From Enoplolaimus lenunculus (Eukaryota), in NCBI GenBank assembly GCA_030248215.1, contig JASANG010002509.1, positions 248,001 through 312,000 on the forward strand: 64,000 bases of DNA, given 5' to 3'. Shown one piece after another: positions 1 through 13,387 of the stretch (positions are counted from its first letter, which is position 1; every line of letters starts with the position of its first letter). The notes beneath the pieces are model-generated. The model was not told the origin of the DNA. It searched no databases and saw only the letters and a program-made list of their open reading frames with translations. A program made the position numbers and the translations under genes.

Positions 1-921
1 AAGTCTAAAATCAAACGTCGGCAGAAAGGCATGTAAAGCAATATTTTAGCTAATATTACGTATCAGCATACAATACTGCGATGCAACAAGTTAGCTCGTC
101 GCTCTGCGGTGTTCGACTTGTTAAAGAACCTGGCCCATGTATAGGAGAGGGCCGGATTGGTTTCCGGCGGTGCTGCAACTGCATATGTTCGTCAGTTTGA
201 AAAACTTATCGCTAACTGATCATAGGTGCTGTACGTATTTGAGAATATGGGCCTAGATCTATAAACGTATCCTATTGTACTTGTTATTCATAAGCTATAT
301 ACCAATAAAGCTTCACAATGCTTCCGTATTGTAAACATCTAAATTCATTTCTCTTCGAAAGGATATTATTTCGCGTCAACGCCGTTTCAGCTTTGAATAA
401 AGCGAGCCAAGAAATATTGAACAAATTTCTAATTGAATTTTGAACTGAAAACTTTGCTTTGAAATATTGGCAAATGATTTAGTGAATGGTAAACGTGAGC
501 GAAAAGTTACTCGGCTTCGGTGTACTACGGACCGAATATTTGAAAGTATGCGGCGTTTTCAAAGCTTTACAATTTTATCCAGGTCTATCATGGTCGCCGT
601 GTGAAATATTTGATTTGAGTGTACAAGTATAGACTAAATGAAGCAAAGTATAAATTAAACTGTTGCAGGTTTAGGGTTGCGCTATACTTTTGTTGATGTG
701 TGGCGCCGTCCATCTCCCGCACGGTACCTTCCGTCACCCGTACGGCGCAGTCCGTAACAACCCTGAATAAAAACTACAAAGAGCGTCAATGTTCTAAACT
801 CATTGATTGACTGTGATACTGCCAGCAGTTGATATACTTACAGACAGTAATTGGGACTGTTCAATGTGTCTGTAATTAAGAAAAATTAATCAGTTACGCA
901 AAGACATGGGTCAACCTTTTG

Positions 922-1134
922 GACCAATGTAAAGAACAGGGTCGAAACAGTATTATAAGCATATTCCTAAGCCTAAGCCTAAGCCTAAGTCTAAGCCTAA
1001 GCGTAAGAATAAGAATATTCCTAAACATAAGCCTAAGCCTAAGCCAAAGCCAAGCAAAAAATTAGTCTAAACATTAAACTTACTTTATTGCGCTCCCACA
1101 GAAAAACGTTCCGCCTCTGATCTTTACATGGGCC
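922..1134. mobile_element. Telomeric-repeat MITE, subfamily A
   Basis: GACCAATGTAAAGAAC ... GATCTTTACATGGGCC with internal (GCCTAA)n; degenerate 8-bp TSD. Confidence 0.8.
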
Positions 1135-1444
1135 AACTTTTAGTACTTTTACTTGCGTAATTTACACTTACGCTGTCCTCGTAAAAAAATTTAGAAATGG
1201 AAACTGCAAGTGTTGAGCTATACTGGACGTCCGGTGTCGTCCGTCACCGTGCGTTATCCGTTCAGCGCCGTCCGTCACCTGACGGACGGCACCGTACGGG
1301 CGACGGACAGCGCCGTGCGGGTGACGGACAGCGCCGTACGGGTAATAGGCACTTTTGTAATTAGCAAAACAAGAAATTCCCCGAAATTCTTCTGTAACGT
1401 AGTCTTTGCCTATTTAAGACACTGGGCTGCTTGGTAGAAAAGTT

Positions 1445-1678
1445 GGCCAATGTAAACAACAAGGGCGGAACAGTATTATAAGCATATACCTAAGCCTAAG
1501 CCTTGGCGTGAGAATGAGCATATTCGTAAGTCTAAGCCTAAGCCTAAGCGTAAGACTGAGCATATTCCTAAGCCTAAGCCTAAGCCTAAACCAAGCAAAA
1601 AAAATATTCTAAAGCTTAAGCTTATTCTTTTCTAGTCCCACACAAAAACGTTCCGCCCCTGATCGTTTTACTTGGGCC
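1445..1678. mobile_element. Telomeric-repeat MITE, subfamily A (Merlin-like)
   Basis: GGCC termini, TIRs of about 27 bp, exact 8-bp TSD GAAAAGTT, internal GCCTAA tracts. Confidence 0.88.
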
Positions 1679-2165
1679 GAAAAGTTTACAATTTAATAGA
1701 CACTTTCAAATTCTGACAGTATGGGTGACACTTAAAACACTGTTCTTAAAAGTTTGGGTGCTAAAAACAAATCAATTTTTTCAAAAATTATATTATTTTG
1801 AACTTTTTGTATTTGCGATAATTTTAGAAACTCTTCTGACTTTCAAACTGACACCAAATCGTTGTCTCAATGACTTTGTGTTAAAAACGTCGCTTTTGCT
1901 CTCAAAATATTTCTAATTAATGACTGGTGTAATTAGATTTGGTCATTCGCAACAAACAGGGGCGTATATACAAGATTGAGTATAGGAGGGATATTTTTAA
2001 CTCGGAAATTATTGGCCAGACGAGAAAAATGGTACTTTTACAGGCATAAAGCTTATTGGATCTTTGCGTCCAAAAATCACAGTTGCCGGCCAGAAATAAT
2101 ATCCTGGTCGTACGCCTTATTTAACGATGAACTTATGGATTCAATTTTTTCTAATTCTTGTTTAA

Positions 2166-2430
2166 CCCTTTCTCACATGAATATTTTCAATTTCTATTTG
2201 AGATGTAATTTCAAGGTAAGATTGGGTCCCCAGTCTCTCGGGTTGAAGGCGTTTACGATGACTACTTAGCTATAGGAGCTTGACGCTCGAGCCCGAGGGG
2301 GCTCTCACGTTTTGTAGAAATTTTCCACTGCGCATATATGATAGAATTGTTGAGCACTGCTTACAGTGTCGGTGTTGCGCGTATATTACTTGTATTTAGT
2401 TGCTCATAGTATTCTCTATGACTTAAAAGG
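2166..2430. mobile_element. TTAA-flanked piggyBac-like MITE
   Basis: TTAA|CCCTTTCTCACATG ... AAAAGG|TTAA; homologues at about 7785-8035 and 32790-33085. Confidence 0.75.
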
Positions 2431-2738
2431 TTAATCATATGAACACGATAGTGTTCATATATATGGTTCGCGCTTCTCAAGTGCGTATTTTCAGTTTAGT
2501 TTGCATGTTGGTACTCAAGTAATAGCAGACCTATTTCGTTTAAATTTTGTACACTGGTACTCTAGTCCGTCGGGAATATCTGTGCCAAAGGATTTGCGAA
2601 AAGAACGTGGCCTTCAGTAGTTACGGTCAAAAAACTCGTTACAGAAAGTGCACGAAATTTTCCATTTTGGTTCAGCACTTTTTTCCCGTTAGCTATGTAA
2701 TTTAACGGTTGTAACTTTCACCACTTTATAGAGCTTGT

Positions 2739-4430
2739 GGTTGGTTTCATCCCAACTGTCGGTTTCACCCCAACGATTGGTTTCACCCCAACAGTCGGTT
2801 TCACCGCAACGGTTGGTTTCACCCCAACAGTCGGTTTCACCCCAACGGTTAGTTTCACCCCAACAGTCGGTTTCACCCCAACGGTTGGTTTCACTCCAAC
2901 AGTCGGTTTCAACCCAACGGTTGGTTTCACCACAACGGTTGGTTCCACCCCAACAGTTGGTTTCACCCCAACGGTTGGTTTCACCCCAACAGTTGTTTTC
3001 ACACCAACGGTTGGTTTCACCCCAACGGCGGTTTCACCCCAACGGTTGGTTCACCCCAACGGTTGGTTCACCCCAACGGTTGGTTTCACCCCAACGGTGG
3101 TTTAACCCAACGGTTAGTTTCAACCCAACGGTTGGTTTCACCCCAACCGTTGGTTTCACCCCAATGATTGGTTTTACCCCAACGATTGGTTTCAGCGCAA
3201 CGGTTAGTTTCACCCCAACGGTTGGTTTCACCCGCACGGTTGGTTTCACCCCAACGGTTGATTTCACCCCAACGGTTGGTTTCACCCCAACGGTTGGTTT
3301 CACCCCAACAGTCGGTTTCACCCCAACGGTTGGTTTCACCCCAACAGTCGGTTTCACCCAAACGGTTGGTTTCACCCCAACAATCGGTTTCATCTTAACG
3401 GTTGCTTTCACCCCAACAGTCAATTTCACCCCAACGGTTGGTTTCACCCCAACAGTCGGTTTCACCCCAACGGTTGGTTTCACCCCAACGGTTGGTTTCA
3501 CCCCAACAGTTGGTTTCACCCCAACGTTGGTTTCACCCCAACGGTTGGTTTCACCCCAACGGTTGGTTTCACCCCAACGGTTGGTTTCACCCCAACAGTC
3601 GGTTTAACCCCAACGGTTGGTTTCACCCCAACGGTTGGTTTCACCCCAACGGCTGGTTTCACCCCAACGGTTGGTTTCACCCCAACGGTTGGTTTCACCC
3701 CAACAGTCGGTTTCACCCCAACGGTTGGTTTCACCCCAACAGTCGGTTTCACCCTAACGGTTGGTTTCACCCCCAACAGTCGGTTTCACCCTAACGGTTG
3801 GTTTCACCCCAAAAGTCGGGTTCACCCCAACAGTAGGGTTCACCCCAACGGTTGGTTTCACCCCACCGGTTGGTTTCACCCCAACAGTTGGTTTCACCCC
3901 AACGTTGGTTTCACCCCAACGGTTGGTTTCACCCCAACGGTTGGTTTCACCCCAACGGTTGGTTTCACCCCAACAGTCGGTTTCACCCCAACGGTTGGTT
4001 TCACCCCAACGGTTGGTTTCACCCCAACGGCTGGTTTCACCCCAACAGTCGGTTTCACCCCAACGGTTGGTTTCACCCCAACAGTCGGTTTCACCCTAAC
4101 GGTTGGTTTCACCCCTAACGGTTGGTTTCACCCTAACGGTTGGTTTCACCCCAAAAGTCGGTTTCACCCCAACGGTTGGTTTCACCCCAACAGTCGGTTT
4201 CACCCCAACGGTTAGTTTCACCCCAACAGTCGGTTTCACCGCAACGGTTGGTTTCACCCCAACAGTCGGTTTCACTCCAACGGTTGGTTTCACCCCAACA
4301 GTCTGTTTCACCCAAACGGTTGGTTTCACCCCAACGGTTGGTTTCACCCCAATGGCTGACTTCACCCCAACGGTTGGTTTACCCAACGAACAATGTCACC
4401 CCGTGGTTGTTTCGCCCCAATGGTTGGTTT
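2739..4430. repeat. 18-bp minisatellite (GGTTGGTTTCACCCCAAC / AGTCGGTTTCACCCCAAC), about 90 units
   Basis: Direct tandem periodicity of 18 bp with two major variants; explains all ORFs called at 2718-4469. Confidence 0.97.
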
Positions 4431-4582
4431 TATACAAATACGTTGGTTAGGCGCTTGTTGTCAGGATAAAAGTTTATGTCATGCAAACGATTTATTGAAA
4501 CTCTGTATTTAGTTTAAACAGTCTTCTCATTTTTCATTGTTCAGATTGATGGATTAATCAGCAGCTTGGTAAAGCGGTTGAA

Positions 4583-5423
4583 ACTAGAAAAAATTGCTCA
4601 GCACTTGAGCAGCATGGAATATGCTTCATATTCCTATTAAAAGGATAGTAACTAGACCAGCACATTCGTTCGATGTAACCTGGAAAAATATTAAGAAACA
4701 ATGGCGTCCAAAATCATGTTGACTATTAATTCTTCTGAAACATATTGCGGATAACGAAATTTCTGTAATTTTCTTTTTGTAAGAAACAAATGTTTTGCTT
4801 AAAATGTGTATTGAAGTTTTCTACAAGAACGTACTAAACTCACCTTTGGCTCTCTATTAACATAGTTAATTGAATTTCATAAGAACACTGTATGGCAACA
4901 TAATTGGTGAGTTAGAGTATTGATGAACAATTTTGTTTTAGATACTTTCTGAAACAAGGCGTTGTCACAAAATGACTCGCAATTGATGCTTTAAAAACGA
5001 CTCTTTACTTTAGCCGACTTTTAACCTTAGCGACAAACAAACAAGTTTACAGGTCTACCGAGTTATTTGTTTCACTGCATAGTCACGACTAGAGGCTCAA
5101 AATTCTCACCGTATTCTGGCAGCATCGACTAATCTGGCAAAAGCAAACATCGCTCTACTTCAGCCATGTCTCTGTAACCCAGCCATTATCTAAGAAATTT
5201 CATAAAATGCCTAATAAATCTGCCAAAACTTTCAACATAAAAATAGATTTGCTATCCGCAATATGTTTCAGAAGAATTAATAGTCAACATGATTTTGGAC
5301 GCCATTGTTTCTTAATATTTTTCCAGGTTACATCGAACGAATGTGCTGGTCTAGTTACTATCCTTTTAATAGGAATATGAAGCATATTCCATGCTGCTCA
5401 AGTGCTGAGCAATTTTTTCTAGT
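4583..5423. repeat. Long inverted repeat: 171-bp arms (4583-4753 / 5253-5423) with 499-bp spacer
   Basis: ACTAGAAAAAATTGCTCAGC...CATATTGCGGATA is reverse-complemented as TATCCGCAATATG...GCTGAGCAATTTTTTCTAGT; no mismatch seen by eye. Confidence 0.93.
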
Positions 5424-6493
5424 ATTTAATCCGTCAAATCCATGACCATTTTAAGGGTTGTTTCCGAAACAAAGCTTAAAAATATCAGCAGAGAACACCC
5501 GATTTTGGGGTGGCAGACGATTGGCACTTAGTATTGCATTCGAAAATTTTACAATTTTAAGATGTATCTTTAATAGCACACGTATCGGTATTATTTATAA
5601 TATTGACTAATTGTTTTAAATTAATGTTCAAATCTGGTCATATTTTTCGCCTGTTTGCCTAGCAAACACGCTGTACTGAAGCAATTCGCAGTTAATTTGT
5701 TCGCTAAATTTCTGCACATTACAACTTGTGCTTGGAGTTTTAACTCAAAAACTCAAGCTTTTTAGGATTAAGAATCACTGGCAAAGACATGCCAGTTCAA
5801 AGGCGGAACTAAGAATTTTTCGTAAACGTAGACTTTGAGTGCACCGATATCAAAATACGTAATCTGAACGGAAACGTATAAAAATTTCAGCTTTAGCTTA
5901 TTTCTCATAATTGCTTACGCTCAGAGATTGATTGGGTGACTAGTCATCATATATTGCTCAGCCCCGGCTCTTAGAGATTGAAGATATCGTTTCAAGATAT
6001 GTTACAAAAAAACTGTTTCAGGGCGTTGGGATCGAGTTAGGTTGAATTATACATTTTCTGGTTGTGTATAGCGAACGAATTGTAAATTCTGGCATCTGAC
6101 CACGATACACAGTTATGGCATTTACTTCCGGTTTGTGAAAACCAGTTGTCTATTTGAAGTCGATCCGATTTTCCAGTCAGCCTACAATTTCAGTGATACA
6201 CAGCGTATCCCATTGTGAAATACATCCTGTTCTCAACCAAGCGTAATACGAAATACCAGTAGTCCCTAAATAATGGATCCTGAAGCGACCGACAGGCGAA
6301 AACGATTGATGTAAAATCCCATAACTGAAGTAAGGTGGTTAAAAAGCAAGCACTTTGCCAAACTTTGAAGTGGACCTTGCACTAATTTAAATTAGAACTA
6401 CAGCGACAAAGATAGTACTACACCAAATATAAAAAAAAATAATATCAACAACCCACCACCTAATTAATTGTTACGTTACAGTTAACAAATGAC

Positions 6494-6837
6494 CAGGGTG
6501 TAAACGGATAATAAAAATAACGGAAATGGATATTGAAGTATAAAAGTTTCAAAAATGTTTTATTTTTCTGCCAACACAATTAAGGCGTGCATATGTTCAC
6601 CGGATTTTCAAAAATTCGAAAGCAAAAATGACGAATGCATTGAAATTTTTAAGATTTTGGATGAATCTCATTATTTTAATTTCGTTTTAAACCAATTGCA
6701 GCATATCTGCAACGAAAAATTGCTATATATACGTGATTTCTACCTAACTTTGAAATAAAAATAACAGAATTTCCATTATTTCTGTAACGGTAACGGACAT
6801 CGATTTTTACCGGAAACGGATATACGGTTACACCCTG
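6494..6837. mobile_element. hAT-like MITE with AACGG(A) subterminal repeats
   Basis: CAGGGTGTAA ... TTACACCCTG; TSD CAAATGAC / CAAACGAC. Confidence 0.8.
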
Positions 6838-6900
6838 CAAACGACACGTATCTTCGTATCGCAGTTATCTATTTTTTACCCTTACCGATATTGCGATATT

Positions 6901-7105
6901 GGCCAATGTATAGAACAGGGCCGGAACAGTAGCATAAGCAGATAATAAGCCTAAGCCTCAAGCCGAAGAATGAGCCTATACCTAAGCCTAAGCTTACGAA
7001 TGAGCCTATACCTAAGCCTAAGCAAAAAAAATTAGTCTAAAGCTTAAGCTTACTCTATAACAGTCTCGCCGGAAAACGTTCCGGCCCTGTTGTATACATA
7101 CGCCG
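6901..7105. mobile_element. Telomeric-repeat MITE, subfamily A
   Basis: GGCCAATGTATAGAACAGGGCCGGAAC ... GTTCCGGCCCTGTTGTATACA with GCCTAA tracts. Confidence 0.8.
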
Positions 7106-7305
7106 CGATATTTATCAAAGAATCCAAACTTTCTTGTCATGGATTGCAGTAGGCACATAATTTTGTTGTTTGCAAAGTTGCAATAAAATGCACGCTGACC
7201 AATTTGCATCTCATGGCTGTCGAATGCAACTAAACGCAAGTTAACCATTATATATTCAAATATGGATTTTTATCTATCAGATTTATCTTTTGATATTTTC
7301 ATCAG

Positions 7306-7364
7306 CATTTCATAACGTCGTAGACGGCACCCGTAACGACTTTCGCAATCTCTTCAGCGGAATG
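7306..7364 (-). ncRNA. Possible decayed type I hammerhead ribozyme
   Basis: Minus strand: CAUUCCG-CUGAAGA-G(AUUG)C-GAAA-GUCGU..ACGAC-GUUA-UGAAAUG; core intact, stems I and III imperfect at the cleavage site. Confidence 0.35.
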
Positions 7365-8773
7365 TTACATAATTTTGTGTACAATTAATGAAATTATATT
7401 TCACTATCAGATTGTTTCCGCTGAACGAAGTTTGTATTGACATGTAAATTGAACTATAAAAATTTATGTAATTTTACAAATAAAGTTTACGTTTAGTTTA
7501 ATTTAAGTAAGTAAGTGTACATTACTGGCATCGTCAGACAGCTCAATAGGTCGGATCAGCCTTGGTCTACCATCATTCTCCTTCTGCTGACGAGGACAAA
7601 GCTCGCTGAGATCAGATTGCCAGTTATACGCATACGAAAAGATATTATAATAACAAACTTAAGAGAATAATCATTTGTCTGGTCTGTGATGGAAGCAATC
7701 GGGTGAAAGTTAGGCAAATTTAGGTTTTACTAATGTAAATACACTCAAAACAAGAAACGATAAATCTATTTGAACCATTTGCCACGTGAATATTTTCAAT
7801 TTCATATGAGATGTAATTTCAAGGTAAGATTCGATCGCCAGTCTCTCCGGTTGGACACGTTTACGGTGACCACTCAGTTACAGAAGGTTAGTGTTCGAGC
7901 CCGAGGGGGCAATCACGTCTTGTAGAGATTTTGCACTGCGCATATGTTAGAATTGTTAAAAACTGCTTTACAGTGTCTATGTGGCTCGTATATATTGTAG
8001 TTAGTTGCTCATAGTATAGTCTATGAGATAAAGGGTTAAAAAATATAAACACAGTTTATAAGCTGAACCTGTAATATAGCAAGTACTGCTTAAATTAGAT
8101 TTCTTAGGCATTGGGTTGTAACAGTTTGTCAGGCCCGAAGCCAGCTCACCATGGTTGTAAAACTAATAAATCTTCAGGATGGGCATACAAGGGATTTCGT
8201 TGACTTTAGGTTCGAGCGAGGTTGAATATTTTCTAAGCGGGTCATAAACTTTGTTCCAGGGAGGGCTGACAGCACCTCGTGTCCCTCCTTGCATAGCTTC
8301 ATGAAACCATTTCAAATCGCTACATCTCTATAAAACGTTTATACAAATTTGGCTGCTAATGTATTAATAGTTTAGAGCTTGCAAACAACAGCATAATTAT
8401 ATTAAATTAACTGAAAATTCTTCAATATTTTCACAAATATTTATTGGCAAATAATTAACTTTTCATTCAGGCTCCCTCAACTACGTAGGTCAATTAGGGC
8501 GCCTACCTCCAAACAACTTCGTTTCTTCTGACCGAAATTGTTTTTTAATTATTACATAAAAAGAATTTCATGCTGAAAAAGTTTTACTTGTCTGCTCTTG
8601 AAAATCTCGCCTCATTTACTAAACAGGACTGTTTCGCTTACAAATTTCAACGCTTCGCATCAACTGTCGTCGAAATCTGTCGCTTTTAATTTTAAAATTG
8701 TCTTAAATTTAACACACAAAAAATAATCAATAAAATTTGAACGAAACTTTGAATCTCGCCATATGCTACATGC

Positions 8774-9006
8774 GGCCAATGTTTACTTTAAGGGGCGAAA
8801 CAGTAGATTAAGCGTAGTCCTAAGCCTAAGTCTAAACGTTGCAAAAATGTGTTCCTAAGCTTAAGCCTAAGCCTAAGCGTTGCAAAAATGTGTTCCTAAG
8901 CCTCAGAATAAGCTTAAGCCTAAGCAAAAAAATGTAATCTAGAATCTAAACCTACTTTCTTATGGACCCACCAGAAACCTGGACGCCCCTTAAAGTAACA
9001 TGAGCC
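8774..9006. mobile_element. Telomeric-repeat MITE, subfamily B
   Basis: GGCCAATGTTTACTTT ... AAAGTAACATGAGCC with GCCTAA tracts. Confidence 0.8.
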
Positions 9007-9438
9007 CTTCATGCGCTAGAAACCTTGAAACTTTTTCAACTGACAGCTTTATGCTGGCTGTACGACTACTGGAAAATAGATTATTCGTTAGGGTTTGGTG
9101 CTTTGCACCATCCTGACAAACGCGTTAATGCATTAAAACATCATACGCTACTCGTTGCGTTGCTATTTGCAATTTCGCTGCAACTCACACTTTACGCAGT
9201 GCATTTATGTATACATACTTGCAATTCTATTGGAGTTGACGTACAGTTTCTTAATGTGACACTTTATAACGTAGTATGTATGAGGTAAAGAATACTCTTC
9301 TGTCTCTTTCATGGGTTTTGATTTTACGTTAGAACGCCCGTTCAACTAACGGAAAGTCTTCTTAGCAATTGTATTGACTTTGAGCGACGCAATTGAGCAG
9401 TTTGCTCATTCTTGTTCTATGAATCACTGTAAACTTGG

Positions 9439-9648
9439 GGCCAATGTAAAGAAAAGGGGCGGAATAGTATTATAAGCATACTCCTAAGCCTAAGCCTAAG
9501 CCTAAGCCTAAGCGTAAGCCTAAGCGTATGAATGAGCATATTCCTAAGCCTAAGCCTGAGCCAAAGCCAAGCAAAAAATTTAGTCCAAAGCTTAAGCTTA
9601 CTCTATTTCCGACAGAAAAGCGTTCCGCCCCTGATCTGTACATGGGCC
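9439..9648. mobile_element. Telomeric-repeat MITE, subfamily A
   Basis: GGCCAATGTAAAG ... TACATGGGCC; four tandem CCTAAG hexamers inside. Confidence 0.83.
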
Positions 9649-12526
9649 AAATTTTATACCTCTAGTTTATCACAATGGTTTCCAATGTTAAGCTTCAAGG
9701 AAAGCTTCAATACGCTGACGGTTGTTTAAAATATGTCCCTTGCGCTTTTGTATTCGAACCTGGAACATAAGGAAATCATAGAGTATACCATATTCAAAAC
9801 GGAACAAAAACGCAATTTTACTACTACAATTTAACACAAAATATTAGTTTTCATCCCTATTGGAAGGGGGCGGGCGGCGGGTAGACCTCGATGGGCCCCC
9901 TTTTTCATGGATCCGTCAAAGTTTACTCGTGTACACTGATTCGTGTACGATCATCTATCATTTTGAATCGGCGTTTGTAGTAGTGATTTTTAACCAAACG
10001 GTTCACACGATTTGTAATTTTACACTGAAAAAATCCATAGTAAACAGTTAACGAAATTCACATTTCTCAACGTGAAAATAGTCGATGTAGCGGACTTTTT
10101 AAGCGACGTAACAATTTGTATCATCCAATGCGAACGGGGTTTTTATTGCTCCAAACACACGGTTGCACTATGCATCGACAAGTGTCCATTGGATCGACAG
10201 GGGCCACCAGCGCCATTGTCAGCTGAAGCTGTAACAGGGATCAAAATTAAAATTTTGTATTTTAATACTACAATTGCGTTTGGCTTCTTGTTCTCTTCGC
10301 TTGTGAATTTCTGTGATCGTTAGATGCTGGCCGTTCTGGTCAGAAGTTTCTCAATATGCCACTGCGTACAATATCTGTCAAGTATAGCGTGTTTTTCTTT
10401 TTGCGCAGTCTTAAAACAATTTCGTATTTGAAAATACTGCACAATATTTTGTTCAGAAACATTTCAAAATAGAAAATGACTGTCTCTACTGTAGACTGTT
10501 GTAAATGTTTTTAATTCCACTAAAAAAATTTTGGCCAAAATTTTAAAACATTGAAAAATTCGTTTTTGAAATGAATCCAGTTAAAATTATTTTGTTGTCA
10601 TTTGTCAGTTTGCTTTTTTTGGTGATGTCACAGTCAGCCGTTTTGGTCACACGTTCATTTTGTGTGAACTCAAACAAAAAATGTCTCACGTTTTTCCTAT
10701 TTTAAACAATTTCGTATATTTGATTCAGGCGGCGTATAACAACGCGTTCGAATAAGTTGAACTGAACTGCAAAATTTTCGTGAAGTACTCAGTTACACCA
10801 TATCTTGTAATTCGGTAACAAATTTAGGCCGACAAACGTTGCTCGAACGGTGCCAACAAAATTACAGCTAAAATAAAATGCTTTGATTACGAACAGGTTC
10901 GAAATATTTTAATTTGAACTCAATTTAAAATATGATTCAATAAACACCGTTTGTGAACATTAAGTGTAGCACTAACATTAATATTTGACTGTTTGCCGAT
11001 ACAATTAATGATAATTTAGGTTAATTGTAATATATTAATATTACCCCAAGAGTAGATTATGACAACAGTGTGCAACTTTTGCGGTTTCGCATGGTACAAA
11101 ATGTAACACCGGGCGTCGCCTTTTTGGCCGACCACCTCTTGTTTAGAGGGGGAGTCGCTATCACATGAATACCTGTAAATTTAATTATAAGGGAAGCATG
11201 TTTGATGCAGCATACATAAAGTGCCATGGTTCGCACCGGTTGTACCCCCTCTAAACAAAAGGGTGGGAAAATGCGCAACTATTGCCGGATACATTGTTTT
11301 CTACACAGAATGTGCCCAGTTGTATACTCTTGTTCAAGTATGTATCATCCACTCTTGATGTTACTCAGGAGATGACGTCAGATTCTTCATTTGTTTGCCT
11401 TGTTAAACAATGAATCATTTATAGTACCTCTGCAAAAGGTTGAGTTTTGCCTGATGCGATATCACACAGCCTGGGATGGGATTAAAATGAACCCCCAAAC
11501 TAACGTTTTTGCTGGTGTTTTAGTAATTTTATAGCTGGTAAATACAAAAATCCCTTCTGAAGGCTTAATAGATCGTAGTTTCAAGCGTTTTGTTACTGGC
11601 TCAAAATTTTGAACAGCTCATATTTTTGAGACGGCAAATCTGGTCAGTCCTCGTATATGGCAGGGTACAGGGTAACTACATATATATTCGTTTAATATTA
11701 CCATTGAAGATATCAAGAGTTTAGCTAATTATAACCAGGCCCGTAGCCAGCTCACCATGCTAGGGGGGCTAACAGGAGGGCCATTCAAGGGTTTTTATTG
11801 ACTTGCAAGCGAAGTTGAAAATTTTCTAAGGGGGCCAAAATTTTTCCAGGGAAGGCTGAGACCCCCCTGACCCCTTCTTGGCTACGGGTCCGTAATTATA
11901 ACTCAAGTATGTACTCAACGCTATAAGGAGAACGATATAAATTAATATCAAGTCAGCTGGCAGTTAATAACATTGGTATTTAACTAATTGTTTTAATTAA
12001 TAGGTCCATATAATACTTATGGTTCAAGGTTAAGTGTATACCATATCTGCTACATTACTGTAGTGACCCAAGAATGCGAGGGTGGTAATAAGACGGTGGG
12101 GTCCCCATTTTGAGTCGCAATAGCCGGCAGGCAAGTGTATTATGAATGGAGATGTAGCTTTTTTTGCGTTCCTAAATTAAAAATTGCTTTAATAAATGGG
12201 CTAATTTGCGACCACAGAATTGAATAAATATTTAATTCGCTACACTCCGTCTATAAACGCTTTAACAATATTTTCTGTTGTCTCATGTGTTTCTGTGTTT
12301 GGCGTTTTGCATTTTGAATTTGGACGGGTTATATTTTGTAGTTAAGCCGAAACTTTGGTAAAATTATTGTTTCGAATAGTGGCCACAGTTAAATTTTTAA
12401 CAACTGAAATTTGTTACGAATATATCTCAAAATGGTCGTCTAAGCTACAGAAGAAACGCTTTGACGTTGAGTATTAAAAGATTTAATTCATATTCATTGA
12501 TCGAATGTTCCGTAGAATGTGGAAAT

Positions 12527-12590
12527 GTTGTTTGTTTGTTTGTTTGTTTGTTTGTTTGTTTGTTTGCTTGCTTGTTTGTTTGTTTGTTTG
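12527..12590. repeat. (TTTG)n microsatellite
   Basis: About 15 units with two CTTG variants. Confidence 0.95.
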
Positions 12591-12798
12591 TGTACTTAAC
12601 GATATAAACTTAAATGCAGCTAAGTTTGCGTACTGTTGATGTTAGCAGACAATTCTATACAGTGGTGCTCTGAGAGAGCAAATTTTCAATTTTGATCCCA
12701 ATTGAAATTATTTGTTTTAGAATTTGATTCAAATTTTCTAGCAAAATGTATATACTTATTCTGTTTAACTGAAAATTAATCGGTAAAAATTTTCGATT

Positions 12799-12996
12799 CA
12801 TGTCAAGATCAGGGGCGGAACGTTTTTCTGTGGGACAGCAATAGAGTAAGCTTAAGGTTTAGACTAATTTTTTTGCTGGGCTTTGACTTAGGCTTAGGCT
12901 AGGCAAAGGAATATGCTCATTCTGACGCTAAGGCTTAGGCTTAGGCTTAGAAATATGCTTATAATACTGTTCCGCCACCGTTCTTTACAATGGCCA
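12799..12996. mobile_element. Telomeric-repeat MITE, subfamily A (reverse orientation)
   Basis: CATGTCAAGATCAGGGGCGGAAC ... GTTCTTTACAATGGCC with TTAGGC tracts. Confidence 0.78.
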
Positions 12997-13387
12997 AATT
13001 TTCGATAGTTGGCTGAATGAGTTGTGTGTTTAAATTGCGATATTCGACGCGTTCTTGATTTGCATAATGCTATAACAATACGTTTCGATCCGAAATATGT
13101 CAAATTGGATAGCGATCTAAACCACAAGTTTCTTTCCGGGACCATAAATTTATTTAAACGTTCTTTGATACGAACGAGCGTAGGGAGTCGCGGTGATTTT
13201 TGTCCTATAAGACCCTTCGGGTAATTCTAAAACCTGCTACAGCATACTTTGACCAACTTTAATCAATTTGTGCAGTTTGAAATTGTTGCAAGTTGAATTT
13301 AGCAATTTAGAACCACTCTGGCTGGGTTTCTGAAATATTACTTAAGTATTTACAAGTACATACTTAAGTAATTACTTAAGTCACCGA

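Noticed and set aside
2718..4469. Long ORFs of PTVGFT / PQRLVS / HPNGWF repeats
   Set aside because: By-products of a stop-free 18-bp minisatellite, open on both strands, frameshifted, with no unique coding sequence.
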